Shown in pieces: positions 1-12,989 of a stretch of 64,000 nt of DNA. This DNA is from Octopus sinensis (Eukaryota): positions 31,992,001-32,056,000 of the forward strand of contig NC_043007.1 of the NCBI RefSeq assembly GCF_006345805.1, given 5' to 3'. The notes under the pieces were generated by a model that saw only the letters and a list, made by a program, of their open reading frames with translations, was not told the origin of the DNA and searched no databases. Every line of letters starts with the position of its first letter. Position 1 is the stretch's first letter. Made by a program: the position numbers and the translations under genes.

Positions 1-108
1 GTTCACAATGAAAGCTAATAAACTGTTTCCAGGCAAAGATAACCGAGAATGTCTGGTGTGGAACAGAGCCAGGCTGCAGTAACATCATATCCTAATTTCT
101 TTACTGAA

Positions 109-380
109 TAAGTGGCAGTCCATCGGTTACAGTGACAAGGGTTCCAGTCGATCTGATCATGAAATTAATGTGCAAGTGGCTGAGTACTCCACAGACGTGT
201 GTACACTTAATATAAGTGGCAAGGCTGGTCCTTTGAAATTACAGGTACAACTCATTTTTACCAGCCGAGTGGACTGGAGGAATGTGAAATAAAGTGTCTT
301 GCTCAAGGACATAACATGCTGCCAGGAACTGAACTCATGACCTTACAATTACGAGCCAGATATCCTAACTACTAAGCCAC
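109..380 (-). mobile_element. Family-C related SINE
   Basis: Reverse complement of the 51140-51460 element; tRNA-like head gtggcttagtagttagg...gagttcagttcc. Confidence 0.75.
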
Positions 381-1185
381 TTTCTCTTTACTGGGTGAGG
401 AATCCCACAAAATACAGAAAGACAGAAAATTCCTATTATTAACTCTAGCGAGGTCATTGCCAGTACCGCCTGACCGGGCATGTAAAAGCACCCACTACAC
501 TCTCGGAGTGGTCAGCGTTAGGAAGGGCATCCAGCTTTAGAAACTCTGCCAGATCAAGGAATTGAAGCCTGGTGCAGCCATCTGGTTCGCCAGCCCTCAG
601 TCATTCGTCCAACCCATGCTAGCATGGAAAGCGGACGTTAAACGATGAACGAGATGGAAAAACAATATAAATAAATAAATAACCATCCTACACAAGAACT
701 GGGATTAGAAATTTGAATTTCTAACACCTCTATTTCTGTGCTTGCATGAGTAAGATGGAATTTATTGAGGTAGGTTTTCTATGGCTGGATGCCCTTCCTG
801 TTGCTAACTTTCATCCGTTTCCAATCAAGGTAACAACATTTCCCCATAACCAGACATATTTGCCAAAGTTGAGTGGAAACAAACAAACATCACTTATATT
901 AATAATCATGTGGTACATGGGTATACACATGGACAGACACGGATACACACACACACACACACTTATGCATACACATGATGGGCATCTTCAGTTTCCATCA
1001 ACCAAATCCACTCACAAGACTTTGGTCAACCCGGGGCTATTATAGAAAATGCTTGCCCAAGTTTCCACACAGTGGGACAGAACCTGAGACCCCATGTTTA
1101 AGAAGAAAGCTTCTTAACCACTCAGCCAGGCTTTTATGTTTAAACTATCAAATTTTGAAATCAGAAAAAAAAGAATATATATCAA

Positions 1186-1406
1186 CCCTTTAGCATTTAA
1201 ACCAACCATATGTGACCCAAATATTCTACTTGTTTTATGCTCAAACCTACCGGATCTGGCCTCTTACACATACCCCACAATGCCATTCTAAAAATATATA
1301 CAATCACATCATCAAAATTTCAAAGCTCCAAGATAATGGATGATTAATACAAAACTGATTAAATAAGCACCAGATTTGACAGAGTAATCTGAATGCTTTT
1401 AAAGGG
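1186..1406. mobile_element. piggyBac-like MITE family 2
   Basis: Termini ccctttagcatt / aatgct...aaaggg with TCAA on both sides; homologous copies at ~15232, ~17181 and ~63742. Confidence 0.75.
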
Positions 1407-2030
1407 TCAATTTACATCTGTTTTAAATAGAGAAGGGGTTTAGGGATGACAACTAAAGGTCGAATTGAGAAATATATATTCTACTGCAAATTTTAATATA
1501 TAAATATTAGGTTATCTAATCAATCTTGGGGCTTATTGGAACGGCAGACAATCACATGGAAATGGTGGCTTGCAAAACAATTCATTACCACAAAATTCCT
1601 TTGTTTAAAAAAAATACATTAAGGCATGTAATGATTAAAAAATGTATTTCTTTTTAACTGCTCTGTATCGACATATTGATTTTCAAGCAGTTAATCCTTA
1701 CCATTCAATCCATATACAATCTACAACATTCAAAAGTTATGGATTAAAAATAAAAATCTCTCCACAGTAGTTTCTAAGTTCTTATGTCCTCAATAGTGAT
1801 TTGTCTTAATTTGCAGAAGAATAAATACAAAAAAAAAAAAAAAGAAAAAAATAAGTTGAATATTCTGTTTTGGCAATAACTATTAACATCGTTGTTACCA
1901 TTAACTACCATTAATTTCATCAAGTTTCATCTCTACTTTTTTCAAGTGGACATAGATTGTTTTGTCGGAACGTTTGTTCTTTTTCACTCTGCAGCTAGAC
2001 CAGTCTCCATTTACAGAAAAAAACATGATA

Positions 2031-2465
2031 GGCGCAGGAGTGGCTATGTGGTAAGTAGCTTGCTTCTCAAATACATGGTTCTGGGTTCAGTCCCACTGCG
2101 TGGCATCTTGGGCAAGTGTCTTCTGCTATAGCCTTGGGCCGACCAAAGCCTTGTGACTGGATTTGGTAGACGGAAACTGAAAGAAGCCTATCGTATATAT
2201 GTATATATATATATATATGTGTGTGTATATGTTTGTGTGTCTGTGTTTGTCCCTCTAGCATTGCTTCACAAGCGATGTTGGGGGGACAAACAGACACACA
2301 AACACACACACATATATATATATATATATGTATATACGATGGGCTTCTTTCAGTTTCCATCTACCAAATCCACTCAAGGCTTTGGTCGGCTGGAGGCTAT
2401 AGTAGAAGAAACTTGCCCAAGGTGCCACACAGTAAGCTACTTACCACACAGCCATTCCTGTGCCT
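2031..2465. mobile_element. Tail-to-tail inverted pair of family-A tRNA-derived SINE halves
   Basis: A plus copy (ggcgcaggagtggctatgtggtaagtagcttg...) turns around at gcattgctt-cac-aagcgatgt (2267-2269) into a minus copy. Confidence 0.85.
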
Positions 2466-3164
2466 TATAAGATACTGTCAAGCAGCAGAGGGGTGACAAA
2501 CACACACACACACACCCACATGATGGGCTTCTGCACAGTTTCCGTCTACCAAATTCACTCATAAGGCATTGGTCAGTGTGGGGCCTTAGAAAAAGACCTT
2601 TATCCAAGTTTTTGCACAGTGGGACTGAACATGAACTGATATGGTTGCAAAGCGAGCTCCTTAGCCACAAAGTCATGCCTGTGCCTCACAAGAAATATAA
2701 GGAGACATCACAATCATGAAAGTAAAGAATCATCATCATCATTTAACGTCCACTTTCCATGCTGGCATGGGTTGGACGGTTCAACTGGGGTCTGGGAAGC
2801 CAGAAGGCTGCACCAGGCCCAGTCTGATCTGGCAGTGTTTCTACAGCTGGATGCCCTTCCTAATGCCAACCACTCCATGAGTGTAGTGGGTGCTCTTTAC
2901 GTGGAAAATAAAGAAAGACGAAGTTAGATTGAGAATGATTGAGAAGAGAAGCAGCAAGTGATAGAATAAGGGAGGAAAGGTGAGTGGTTGTCTTGGTAAT
3001 CAGTGGGAAGCAGGAACGCGAGAGACATGATGCATACCCAGCAAACCGAATCTGCAACACAAGTTTTAATCTAGCCATAGATTTAGGTTGGAATCAATAA
3101 GCTGAAAAGGAATCAGCTTTGCTGCCAGGCTGGCTTGTCATCAAGTCAATACATTTTTATTAAG

Positions 3165-3545
3165 GAGGTGCAATGGCCCAGTGGTTAGGGCAGCGGACTC
3201 GTGGTCATAGGATCGTGGTTTCGATTCCCAGACCGGGCGTTGTGAGTGTTTATTGAGCGAAAATACCTAAAGCTCCACGAGGCTCCAACAGGGGATGGTG
3301 GTGATCCCTGCTGTACTCTTTCACCACAACTTTCTCTCACTCTTACTTCCTGTTTCTGTTGTACCTGTATTTCAAAGGGCCGGCCTTGTCACTCTCTGTG
3401 TCACGCTGAATATCCCCGAGAACTACGTTAAGGGTGCACGTGTCTGTGGAGTGCTCAGCCACTTACACGTTAATTTCATGAGCAGGCTGTTCCGTTGATC
3501 GGATCAACCGGAACCCTCGTCGTCGTAACCTACGGAGTGCTTCCA
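3165..3545 (+). mobile_element. Full-length family-C tRNA-derived SINE
   Basis: A-box tggcccagtgg and B-box ggtttcgattccc, body ending gtcgtcgtaacc...ggagtgc. Relatives at ~109-380 (-), ~46500-46670 (-) and ~51140-51460 (+). Confidence 0.85.
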
Positions 3546-3789
3546 CCACATTTTTATTACATCATCAGTGATGACCTAAGGGTCCATCAAGGGCCTCGGG
3601 ATATTCTATAATTAGTAGGAGACTATTTAGAATTGAAAGACACTTGTAAAAGGAAGATCGGTGGAGCTGATGTCACATGGTAACAACATATGCGGTAGGG
3701 ATAGTAATATGGAGTATTTGATATTTGGGAATTCATAATAAATGATTCAACATTATCCAATGATAGGAATTAGCTGAGATTATTGATAT

Positions 3790-4170
3790 TCTTTTACTTG
3801 TTTCAGTCATGTGACTGTGGCCATGCTGGAGCACTGCCTTTAGTTGAGAAAATCAACCACAAGACTTATTCTTTCTAAGCCTAGTACTTATTCTATTGGT
3901 CTCTTTTGCTGAACCGCTAAATTATGGGGACGTAAACACACCAGCATCGGTTGTCAAGCGATGTTGAGGAGACAAACACAGACACACAAATATATATATA
4001 TATACATATATGTGACGGGCTTCTTTCAGTTTCTGTCTACCAAATCCACTCTCAGGTCGGCCTGAAGCTATAGTAGAAGACACTTGCCCAACGTGCCACG
4101 CAGTGGGACTGAACCCAGAACCATGTGGTTCGTAAGCAAGCTACTTACCACACAGCCATTCCAACGCCTA
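3790..4170 (-). mobile_element. Full-length family-A SINE
   Basis: Tail cttttacttgtttcagtc...ggccatgctggagca, internal (TA)n, tRNA-like head gtgggactgaaccc...cttaccacacagcca. Confidence 0.85.
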
Positions 4171-5244
4171 TAGTGACATTAAATTTACAAGTGAGGCGCA
4201 AGTGTGGCAAGACGTTTGCTCCCTAGTGACACAGTTTCAGGTTTAGTCCCTCTCCTTGGTACCGAAGGCAAGTGACTTCCATAGCCCCAGATTGACCAAA
4301 GCCTTGTTAGTGAATTTGGGAGATGGAAACCAACAGACACCTATCATCATCATCATTTAACATCTGTTTTCCATGCTGGTATGGACTGGACAGTTTGACT
4401 GGAGCTGGTAAGTCCAGGGGCCACACCAGGCTCCAGCCATTTGTTCTGGCAGTGTTTCTACAGCTGGATGCCCTTCCTAATGCCAGCCACTTTACAAAGT
4501 ATATTGGGTGCTTTTTATGTGACACCAGCACTGGCATCAATTCTGCTGTGATGGATGGGTCTTCTTTAATACAGCAAGGTACATGATATCTGGGTCCTCT
4601 GTCATACATATGTGTGTGTGTGTTACAGTCCCCTTGCTTTGACGTGACTAACCCATGCAAGCATGGAAAAGTGAACATTAAACATCCTGGAAAATAAAAG
4701 TGACTGAAGCATGAAAAAATACTTAAGATTGTAAAGTTATTATCTTTGAATGGCTAATGGTGAACAAGAAAGTTCCTGATAAAATTTTTAAAAAAAGCAA
4801 AACAAAACAGAATAAAAAAACAATCAACATTATGATAATAATGTAAAGTCAAAGTAAACTCAGGTAAAGTAAATGAAAACATTCATTACAATAAGTTAAA
4901 ATTTCTTTATACTTACTTACATGGGAATACTTTCCCTCTAGTGGTTCATCCCCCCGACCCATCTTTCTACATACGCACCAGTTTTCTGATGGACAACTGA
5001 CTGCAGTTGATAATTAGAGAATGTTTACTTAGAGTTAAGATGACATTCTGCAGCTGTGTTCTTGAAAGGAAGTAGAAGTCTTTTTCCAATGTAAGGTAGC
5101 TGATTTCTCAAAGCGGTTTAGTGAGTGGGAGGAGTGACTTAAAATCACGGCTACACAAACCCATGTGCCTTCCTGTTTATTAAGTCACACTCTAGAATCT
5201 AATTTGGATCTCAGATTTGGTAACCAAAGTTTATTAATGAATTC

Positions 5245-5630
5245 ATCATCAGCATCATCATCAGCATCAGCATTTAATATCCGTTTTCCATGCTAGCATG
5301 GGTTGGATGGTTCGACCGGGTCTGGGAAGTGAGGAGGCTGCACCAGGCAGTGTTTCTACAGCTGGATGCCCTTCCTAACGTCAACCACTCCATGAGTGTA
5401 GTGGGTGCCTTTTACGTGCCACAGGCACAGGTGCCAGGGGAGGCTGATAGTGGCCACGATCGGTTGCTGCTTTTTACATGCCACTGGCACAGAAGCCAGT
5501 CAAGGCGGTGCTGGCATCGACCACGTTTGGATGGTGTATTTTTACGTGCTACCGGCACAGGTATCACAACTGCAATTTCCATTTGATTTTTATTTTGATG
5601 TTGATGTTCTTGACTCAATAGGTCTCCATT
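5245..5630 (-). mobile_element. Family-D retroposon with internal ~55-bp tandem units
   Basis: Repeated ggtgc(t)ttttacgtgccac units; homologous to 49894-50370. Confidence 0.8.
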
Positions 5631-6071
5631 GTAGACATTTGAACAATTTGTCATGGCTGTGTGGCTAGGAAGCTCCCTTTGCAACCACATGGTCTCAAGT
5701 TCCATCCCACTGCATGGCATCTTGAGTTTGTGCTTTGTACAATACTGATCTTGAATTAAAGGGTCGTAAAGTAAGATTCTAAACAACATGGCCATGCTTG
5801 CACATATATGTACACAATATATTTTAACACTTTCAATATTTCTCACGAAATACACTGCCAGTGTCTTTTTTAATTACGAAAATTATCAAAATTTGATGGA
5901 ACTTGATAACAAAAGTAACTTTACTGCACCAAATAATTCTGTGGAATGAGAAAACATTATTCAATCTTTGAGCATTCCATTTTCTTTTCTGTTATATTTT
6001 AAGTCAAAAAAGTCAGATTCAAATCAGTGGTGCCAAATAAGCAGGGCCAAAATGTCACCCATTATAAATAT

Positions 6072-6302
6072 CTATTTCTTTATTGCACACAGGGGGCTAA
6101 ACATAGAGGGGACAAACAAGGACAGAAAAAGGGTTTAAGTTGATTATATCAACCCCAGTGCATAACTGGTACTTAATTTATCAACCCGGAAAGGATGAAA
6201 AGCAAAGTCGACCTCGGCGGAATTTGAACTCAGAACATAACGGAAGACGAAATACCGCTAAGCATTTCGCCCTGTGTGCTAACGATTCTGCCAGCTCACC
6301 AC
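6072..6302 (-). mobile_element. Family-B SINE (B1 tail)
   Basis: tatttctttattgc...aaggatgaaa.gcaaagtcgacctcggcggaatttgaactc...gccagctc, repeated about ten times in the window. Confidence 0.85.
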
Positions 6303-6484
6303 CATATAAATATCACCTTTAGGAAGAGGTTTTAGAGGCATGCCATTGCTATTTTATCTTAAAATGGGATGCTGTTGAATCATGAAATCCATGGTTACAA
6401 ACAGAAAACATGTCTAACAAAGTAAAAGAATGCAAAAGGAACTCGAGGAATTAATTACAAAAATAGCAAATGTCTGTGAATTAC

Positions 6485-7613
6485 CTTGTGAAAGAATAGG
6501 AAAATCCAAAAACTGTCCGATTTGGTAAATTTCCATAGCTTCATCAGCATGAGTGATATGCCCTCTTCCTGCTACCATAGCTTGCACTTCACTAAGACTA
6601 CACGTGCTGGTACTTCCACGCACTATTAAAGATAAATCTACCGAGTCCATATAGATTGCATGCAATAACACACGAGCATACCTCCTTGGAATGACCGATT
6701 CATCAAGCACTATGCGTGTAGGTGTCTGTAATGTCCGTTCAGTGATCTCTTCACCTGATCGCGCACGCCGCAACAGAAGGTTACGGAAGAAAGGAGATCG
6801 CGCAGCCAGAATTGCTTTATGGCATTTAAGTTCGTGTTTTCTTGATGAATGATCTCCTGAACTAGAAGCTTCGGAACTTAAATTTTCCTGGCTTTCGGAA
6901 CCAGTCGTAAATACCAAAGTAGCATCACTGTAGTTACCAGTGTCCAACATCATTCGCAAGTCCTGCTCCAGAGGGTTTGGCATTCCAAACTCATCCGTAA
7001 GCCGCATGATAATCTCATCATTCTCTAACTGAGAACCTTCAAGAATAAATTCTTCAGTGTATAGATATCGTAAAAGAGCAGAGAATAGAGGGACATCAAC
7101 CCCAGGAGTTTTTAATTTGATCGGTACTTGTGCTCCATATTCCTGGAATTGGTTCAATAAATCATGGAAAAATGGACTACGGGCAACAAGAAGGGCTCGA
7201 TGAGCTGGAAAACATGCCCCTCGATAAATCAAATCAACGTCCGTACAGTATTTGTAATCAAAAAGGTTTGAGAGATCTTGACGAATGGAGTTGGCCAACG
7301 GTCGGGCCAAGTTTGCAGCAATGGCAAGTTCCTTAAGAATAGCAGCCGCTTCATATTCCTCTACCAAGCAGCTGAGATCCCGAATAGACCAGCTGCAAGT
7401 TAATTCCCGCAAAGCTTTGGAGTAATCAACTGCTCGACTGTGGCGCCGGACTCTGATCAACTTTTTCCTTAGTGTGGCAAACTTGGACGCTTTCTTTTTC
7501 TTCTCTCGTGCCACCACATCTCCCTCATTGATCACATATCCATGGGACATGCGAGTCAATGTGGAGGATCGAGAAGATGGCTGCAATCGATCGGCTGAAA
7601 CATTGGCACCCAT
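6485..7613 (-). CDS. BTBD7: BTB/POZ domain-containing protein 7, first coding exon (tandem BTB domains); partial CDS continuing beyond the left edge of the window
   Basis: The long ORF reads MGANVS...REKKKKASKFATLRKKLIRVRR...DLSNLFDYKYCTDVDLIYRGACFPAHRALLVARSPFF...HELKCHKAILAARSPFFRNLL...IVLDESVIPRRYARVLLHAIY...EAMEIYQIGQFLDFPILSQG, which I recognise as BTBD7. Splice acceptor tttcattttcag|aaattcc puts the exon start at 7645. ATG 7613 is in atcATGG context. The donor is caag|gtaatt at 6485/6484 (phase 1). Confidence 0.93.
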
Positions 7614-7615
7614 GA

Positions 7616-7633
7616 TCACCTTTTCAGTTCCAT
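7616..7633 (-). promoter_or_regulatory. 5-codon uORF (MELKR*) immediately upstream of the BTBD7 start
   Basis: ATG GAA CTG AAA AGG TGA tc ATG GGT: out of frame, stop 2 nt before the main ATG, inside the coding exon's UTR part. Confidence 0.55.
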
Positions 7634-7787
7634 AGCAAGGAATTTCTGAAAATGAAAAAAAAAAAAAGGTATTATGAATAATAGAAATATCAGAATAAAT
7701 TTCATTTATAAATGTTAACAACCAAAACTTTTAATTTCAAAAAAAAACAAAAGACAAAGCATAAATTTATATATGTATATATATATA

Positions 7788-8090
7788 TCATCATCATCAT
7801 CATCATCATTTAGCGTCTGCTTTCCATGCTAGCATGGGTTGGACGGTTCAACTGGGGTCTGGGAAGCCAGAAGGCTGCATCAGGCCCAGTCTGATCTGGC
7901 AGTGTTTCTACGGCTGGATGCCCTTCCTAACGCCAACCACTCCGTGAGTGTAGTGGGTGGTTTTTACGTGCCACCTGCACAGGTGCCAGACGGGGCTGGC
8001 AAAACGGTCACGGACGGATGGTGCTTTTTACGTGCCACCGGCACGGGGGCCAGGCAAGGCTGGCAACGGCCATGATCGGATGGTGCTTCC
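7788..8090 (-). mobile_element. (GAT)n-tailed RTE-type retroposon 3' end (family D)
   Basis: catcatcat...ttccatgctagcatgggttggacgg...ggatgcccttcctaacgccaaccact. Further copies at ~450-650, 2730-2905, 4343-4600, 11085-11255, 12103-12280, 21063-21260, 30110-30205, 38866-39057, 45170-45365 and 47160-47248. The RTE affinity is inferred. Confidence 0.8.
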
Positions 8091-8600
8091 AAACCTGGAA
8101 GAATGGCCAAAAGTTCAAATACTTAAGTTTTAATTAATAACAGAGAATTTAAAAAATTCCAAATAAGTAGCCTTGCTTCAAATGTAGCAAAGAAGTTGAC
8201 AGGAACTGAAGACTGTGTACTCAATACAAGCAATGGGGACACAAAAAAAAATTAGAAAAGAAGAGATATATTGAGATCTCTGACACACTGACAGGGAATC
8301 AAGCTTTCTGCTGCATTGAATGTACAAGAATATCCAACAGCTAAAATCAAAAAGGCATCAACTGAAACGGGTAAGAGAAATTACTTTACTGGTTTGGACA
8401 AGCAATGGAAATGGATGTCGAGTGCTGGCTGAAAGAATACCATGTAAGTATCCATCCTCGGAAAAATATGGAAAGTGGTGAGGATAACTCTCAGGATGCT
8501 GGTCATGACGGACAAGATGAACAGAGAATGTGAAGGGTATAAAATCCTGTAAAGCAGACCCATCCAACCCACACCAGAACGGAGAATAGATATGAAATGG
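8090..8600 (+). mobile_element. Decayed LINE (RTE-like) 3' fragment
   Basis: Degenerate PRKIWKVVRITLRML-like C-terminal motif followed by a catccaaccc..cag tail resembling family D. Confidence 0.45.
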
Positions 8601-10424
8601 TAAAAGTTCAAAGAGCAAGATAGTGCATATGGAACTTTTAGTCCGGAATGTAAACATAAATGGATAAAGTTAATGTTGTTTATGTTTGGTTTTAATTATT
8701 GCAACTTGAAGGGAAAACCAGGGAACACCAAAAGCATGTAATTGTTTGGAAGAAGGGGTTAGGAAATATGCTATTTTAGTGGAATGGTGGGGTGATGAAA
8801 AAAGTGAGTTTAGGCAACAGCAGGGAAGCTTAGTTCAAAGAAGAGGTTCTTGTAGTAGTGGAAGGAAAGGTAATGAGAAGACACACCTCAACTGGAAACG
8901 AAGACAATGAAAGGTAGAAATGATAAAGACTGCAACAAGATCTTGAAAGTATGTATATATGTATGTATGTGTGATAAGAATATAGAAGCTGAGAGACATA
9001 AAATAAATAATTTCTCATGGTGGAACACAAAGTAGATAAAGCTATAAATAATAGTGTGTAAATATTGGGTTAAAAAAACCCTTGGCAGGAAAAAGTTGAA
9101 GGCTGTCTGTGGGATTTGAACCACATCTTCTGTAAACATGACAGACATTCTACCATTGTACCAAAGCAATCCTCTAAAATTCTTTATCGATTTTATAAGC
9201 TTTGTTTTCACCAGCAAGGATCGTATGTTGTTTACATTATACCAATCTTCAAATTGTAAGCAAATTAGTGGTGGATTTATAGAATCTTCAATCTCAGAAT
9301 TAGCTTGAAGCTTGAGAATTGCGATGCACAGTTACATATCCTACAAATAACTGCAAGCAAGCAAAGATTCGTACCAACCCAAGAAAAGATTCGTTCTCAT
9401 CTGACTGGGTTACTGGTTCATAGTCAATTCCACTCTGGAGCTAAGCTTAAAAGTGAACTGGAAAGGAGCCAAATACACTTAAAACCCTCCAAATTGATTC
9501 TATAGAAAGACTCACTCCAAGATATTTTTCTATCCGCAATGCTACAGCCATTCACATCACAAGTTCTGACAAGCCATCTTTCTTGTATACATCTATTAAC
9601 TCTTAATTCCAAATTCCCAGTTCTTACCGAAATCCTTTTTCTCCAGTAACTGCAAGACTTCTGGCTACAATCCCAATGCCACGTTGTTCCACAGAACCAC
9701 ACTTTTTAAATGTGTTATGTGTATTACTCGGCGAAAAGATGATTGTTTAAAATGTATTTACTGAAACATTATTAGTTTGATGATGATGATGATGATAGCA
9801 AAAGAGAGAGAAAAAAAGCCTCCAGTTTTGAAAAAGGTGATAATATAGTATCAATACATATTAAGAAAGAATGATTAATAACTTGACAAGAATTTTGTTT
9901 ACATACAAAATAGCAGAAATAGCAAACCCTACCCTCCCTACGGCAGTTTATGCAACGAAGGAGAACAGTTATTTCTGTTTGATGTGTCTGACATTAAAAA
10001 TATAGCAAATGAAAATATTTATTTAAAGCTTTCTGTTATACTGTTTGACACTAAGTAATTCCCGCCACATTAAGAGATGTCAAGAGGTGAGTTCTTTAAT
10101 CTTATCAGACTAAGAGGAGCCAATCTGCAGTTGAAAGCAGGAGGCTCTGTCTGTCTAAAGCATTAAGATTGCCAAGAAAGTTGCTAAAAGACAGACATTC
10201 TCCAAGTCTTGTCGAGAAGCTCAAAAATAGAGTTATGGCTTCAGTTTTTCTTTTATCTTTGCAAAACAAAATTATTTAAAGAAATATTTTAATTTCCAGA
10301 AAAGCACTTTAGTCCATAAATTAAAATCTTGACTGAAGAGGAAAATAAGGATAAAAATACATTTTAATTCACTTTTCTCTCAATAATTAACAACTCCGGT
10401 AATATATAAAACAATTTAACAGGT

Positions 10425-10780
10425 ATGGCTGTGCAGGTAAGAAGCTCAGTTTTTAACTATATAGATTTGGGTTCAGTCCCACTGCACAGCACCCTGAGCA
10501 ACTATCTTCTACCATAGCCCTGGGTCGACCAATGCTTTATGAATGAATTCGATAGACAGAAATTACATGGAAGCCCTTTAGATACATGTATGTGTGCACA
10601 TCTATGTACAAGTTGTGTTTGTCCCCCTCCACCATTAGACAACCGGTGTTGGTTTGTTTACATCCCTTTAACTTAGCAGTTCAGCAAAAATAAATACTGA
10701 AGTTGATTCGACTAAACATTTCAAGGTGCTGCTCCAGCATGGCAGCAAGTCTTACGATTGAAACAAGTAAAAGATAAAAG
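10425..10780 (+). mobile_element. Family-A SINE
   Basis: Head gggttcagtcccactg and tail gctccagcatgg...gaaacaagtaaaag. Confidence 0.8.
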
Positions 10781-11252
10781 AAAGATCAATAAAGAATGCA
10801 GACCAAAATGCAGTGGACTGATTGGGTGTTCGTTATTTATTAACGAATGTTTTACCTTGTTTCAATTTGATATTTCTAATATGGAAAGTGGCGACCTGGC
10901 AGAATCGTTAGCACACCAGGCAAAATGCTTAGCAACATTTCATCTGTCTTTACATTCTGAGTTCAAATTCCGCTGAGGTTGACTTTGCCTATCATCCGTT
11001 TTTTTTTGGCGGGGGAGGAGGAGGAGGAGGAGGGGGGTCAATAAAATCGGTACCAGTTTAATACTGGGATCAACATAATTGACTTAGTGGTTGGTGTTAG
11101 GAAGGGAATCCAGCTGTAGAAACATTACCAGATCAGATTGGAGCCTGGGTGAAGCCTCCTGGCTTGCCAGTCCCCAGTCAAACCATCCAACCCGTGCCAG
11201 CATGGAAAACAGACGGTGAACGATGATGATGATGGTGATGATGATGATGATG

Positions 11253-11286
<34 letters not shown>

Positions 11287-12989
11287 ATGATTGTGTGTCT
11301 GTCCTCACCATCATCGCTTGACAACCGATGTTGGTGTGGTTTACCTCCCAGTAACTTAGCAGTTTGGCAAAAGGGACTGATAGAATAAGTACTAGGCTTA
11401 CAAAGAATAAGGTCCTCAAGTCGATTTGTTCACCTAAAAAGGTGGTGCTCCAGCATGGCCACAGTCAAATGAGGGAAACAAATAAAAGAATAAATAGATA
11501 CCCTTCCTAATACAAATACTAACAGCGAAGTAGCATCCATTGACAACTTGACAGGCTGAAATAAGCAGAGTAATGTGACTTACAAATTGGCTGTAACCAG
11601 ATTTGCCCTTGTGACCTTGTGGACGGTCACATGTTAAGTGTATAATCATCTAGATGTGCACCATTAAGTTCACTCAAATAGAAAGACTTGCTTTCCTATA
11701 AAAGGTTACGGGAAAGGGGATGCGGTATTTATGAAAATGTTTTTACGTTTAAGCATGAAAGAAACTCTCTGAGATTCAACAGAATTATATAAAAACATTG
11801 ACTGAAGTACTTAAATTATATCCGAGAAAACAGCTTTTCAATTAGAAGAGATCAAGAGGAATGAATGTAGAAGCTTAGGAACATGGTTGTAGATATGTGT
11901 AGACAAATATGTGAACACTACACAGAATTAATTAGAGTAGGAGAGATCTATTGAGGAAACAGAAATGGGGGGAAAGAGAACTTACAGAAAAATAGTGCTT
12001 TAAGTGAAGAAAAAATTTTTTTAATTGTAATGGTTATGAAGACCAGTGATGGAAATCATCCAATGTTGATATTGAGAACGTATCAATATTAGTTTTAGTC
12101 AAATCATCATCATCATCATCATTTAATGTCCGCTTTCCATGCTAGCATTGGTTGGACGATTTTGACTGAAGGCTGGCAAACCAGATGGCTGCACCAGGCT
12201 TCAATCTTGATCTGGCAGAGTTTCTACAGCTGGATGCCCTTCCTAACGCCAACCAGTTCGAGGGTGTAGTGGGTGCTTTTACCAAAATGAAAAATATACA
12301 AAAATACAAATAACCACAAATAACTGATACACAAGCGAACATAGAATTCTCAGTTGATAGCAGAGATATTTAAAACTGAACAAAAATGCAGAAAATTAAT
12401 TTTAATTAGGATAGTAACCATACGTAGAGTAGTTTTGAAAATAATTATATTATTCATAACGAGATTGAGAAATGTATCCTATTCCCAGAAACTAAGTTTC
12501 CAATTGTAATATCTTTCTCTGTATACTTGGGAAAAGAAAGGACATGTGCACACACAAACCACCAGATAAAAATCAGCAAATGGCATTTCTTGGCACAAAC
12601 TCAAGAGTTTCTGATAACAGGATATATTTATTCTTCAACTTTGCCATAAGTAATAGCTATTATATCATCTTCAGTATAGATTTCAACAGGTATAGAGGTA
12701 ATTGCTATCATTAAGTTTTCTTCAGATACTGCCATTTAGAAGGTTATACCATCATCATTTCAATGTCCTCTCCCACCCCAAAATTGTAGAGGTTGGACAA
12801 GTCCCAAAGCACCTCAACCACTTTACAGCATAGACTGGGTGTCTTTTATCAGACCACAAGCACTGGTGAGGTTAACCACAGCAGGACTAAAGAGTCCCAT
12901 TTAATCTATTGGTTTTCACTGTGAATTATTGCCCTCTTGGAAAGATTGCTTTAGATGTTGCCTGTAGGGTCCACGACCCCTTCATTTAC

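Noticed and set aside
3165-3240. tRNA-like sequences with A/B boxes
   Set aside because: These are SINE heads continuing into repeat bodies, with no complete cloverleaf.
4909-5000. Minus-strand GTAAGT donor with a short open frame as the next BTBD7 exon
   Set aside because: The translation does not resemble the expected CEDII.../BACK-domain continuation; the next exon is probably outside the window.
6414-6484. C-terminal tail NSQTFAIFVINSSSSFCILLLC of the same ORF
   Set aside because: Intron read-through after the GT donor at 6484.
7614-7721. N-terminal extension of the 435-aa ORF (MLTFINEIYS...)
   Set aside because: It runs through the polypyrimidine tract and acceptor at 7646, so it is intron plus UTR; homology starts at MGANVS.
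9240-9700. Possible LINE reverse transcriptase remnant (KYLGV-like on the minus strand)
   Set aside because: A single short motif amid stops is insufficient to call without a search.
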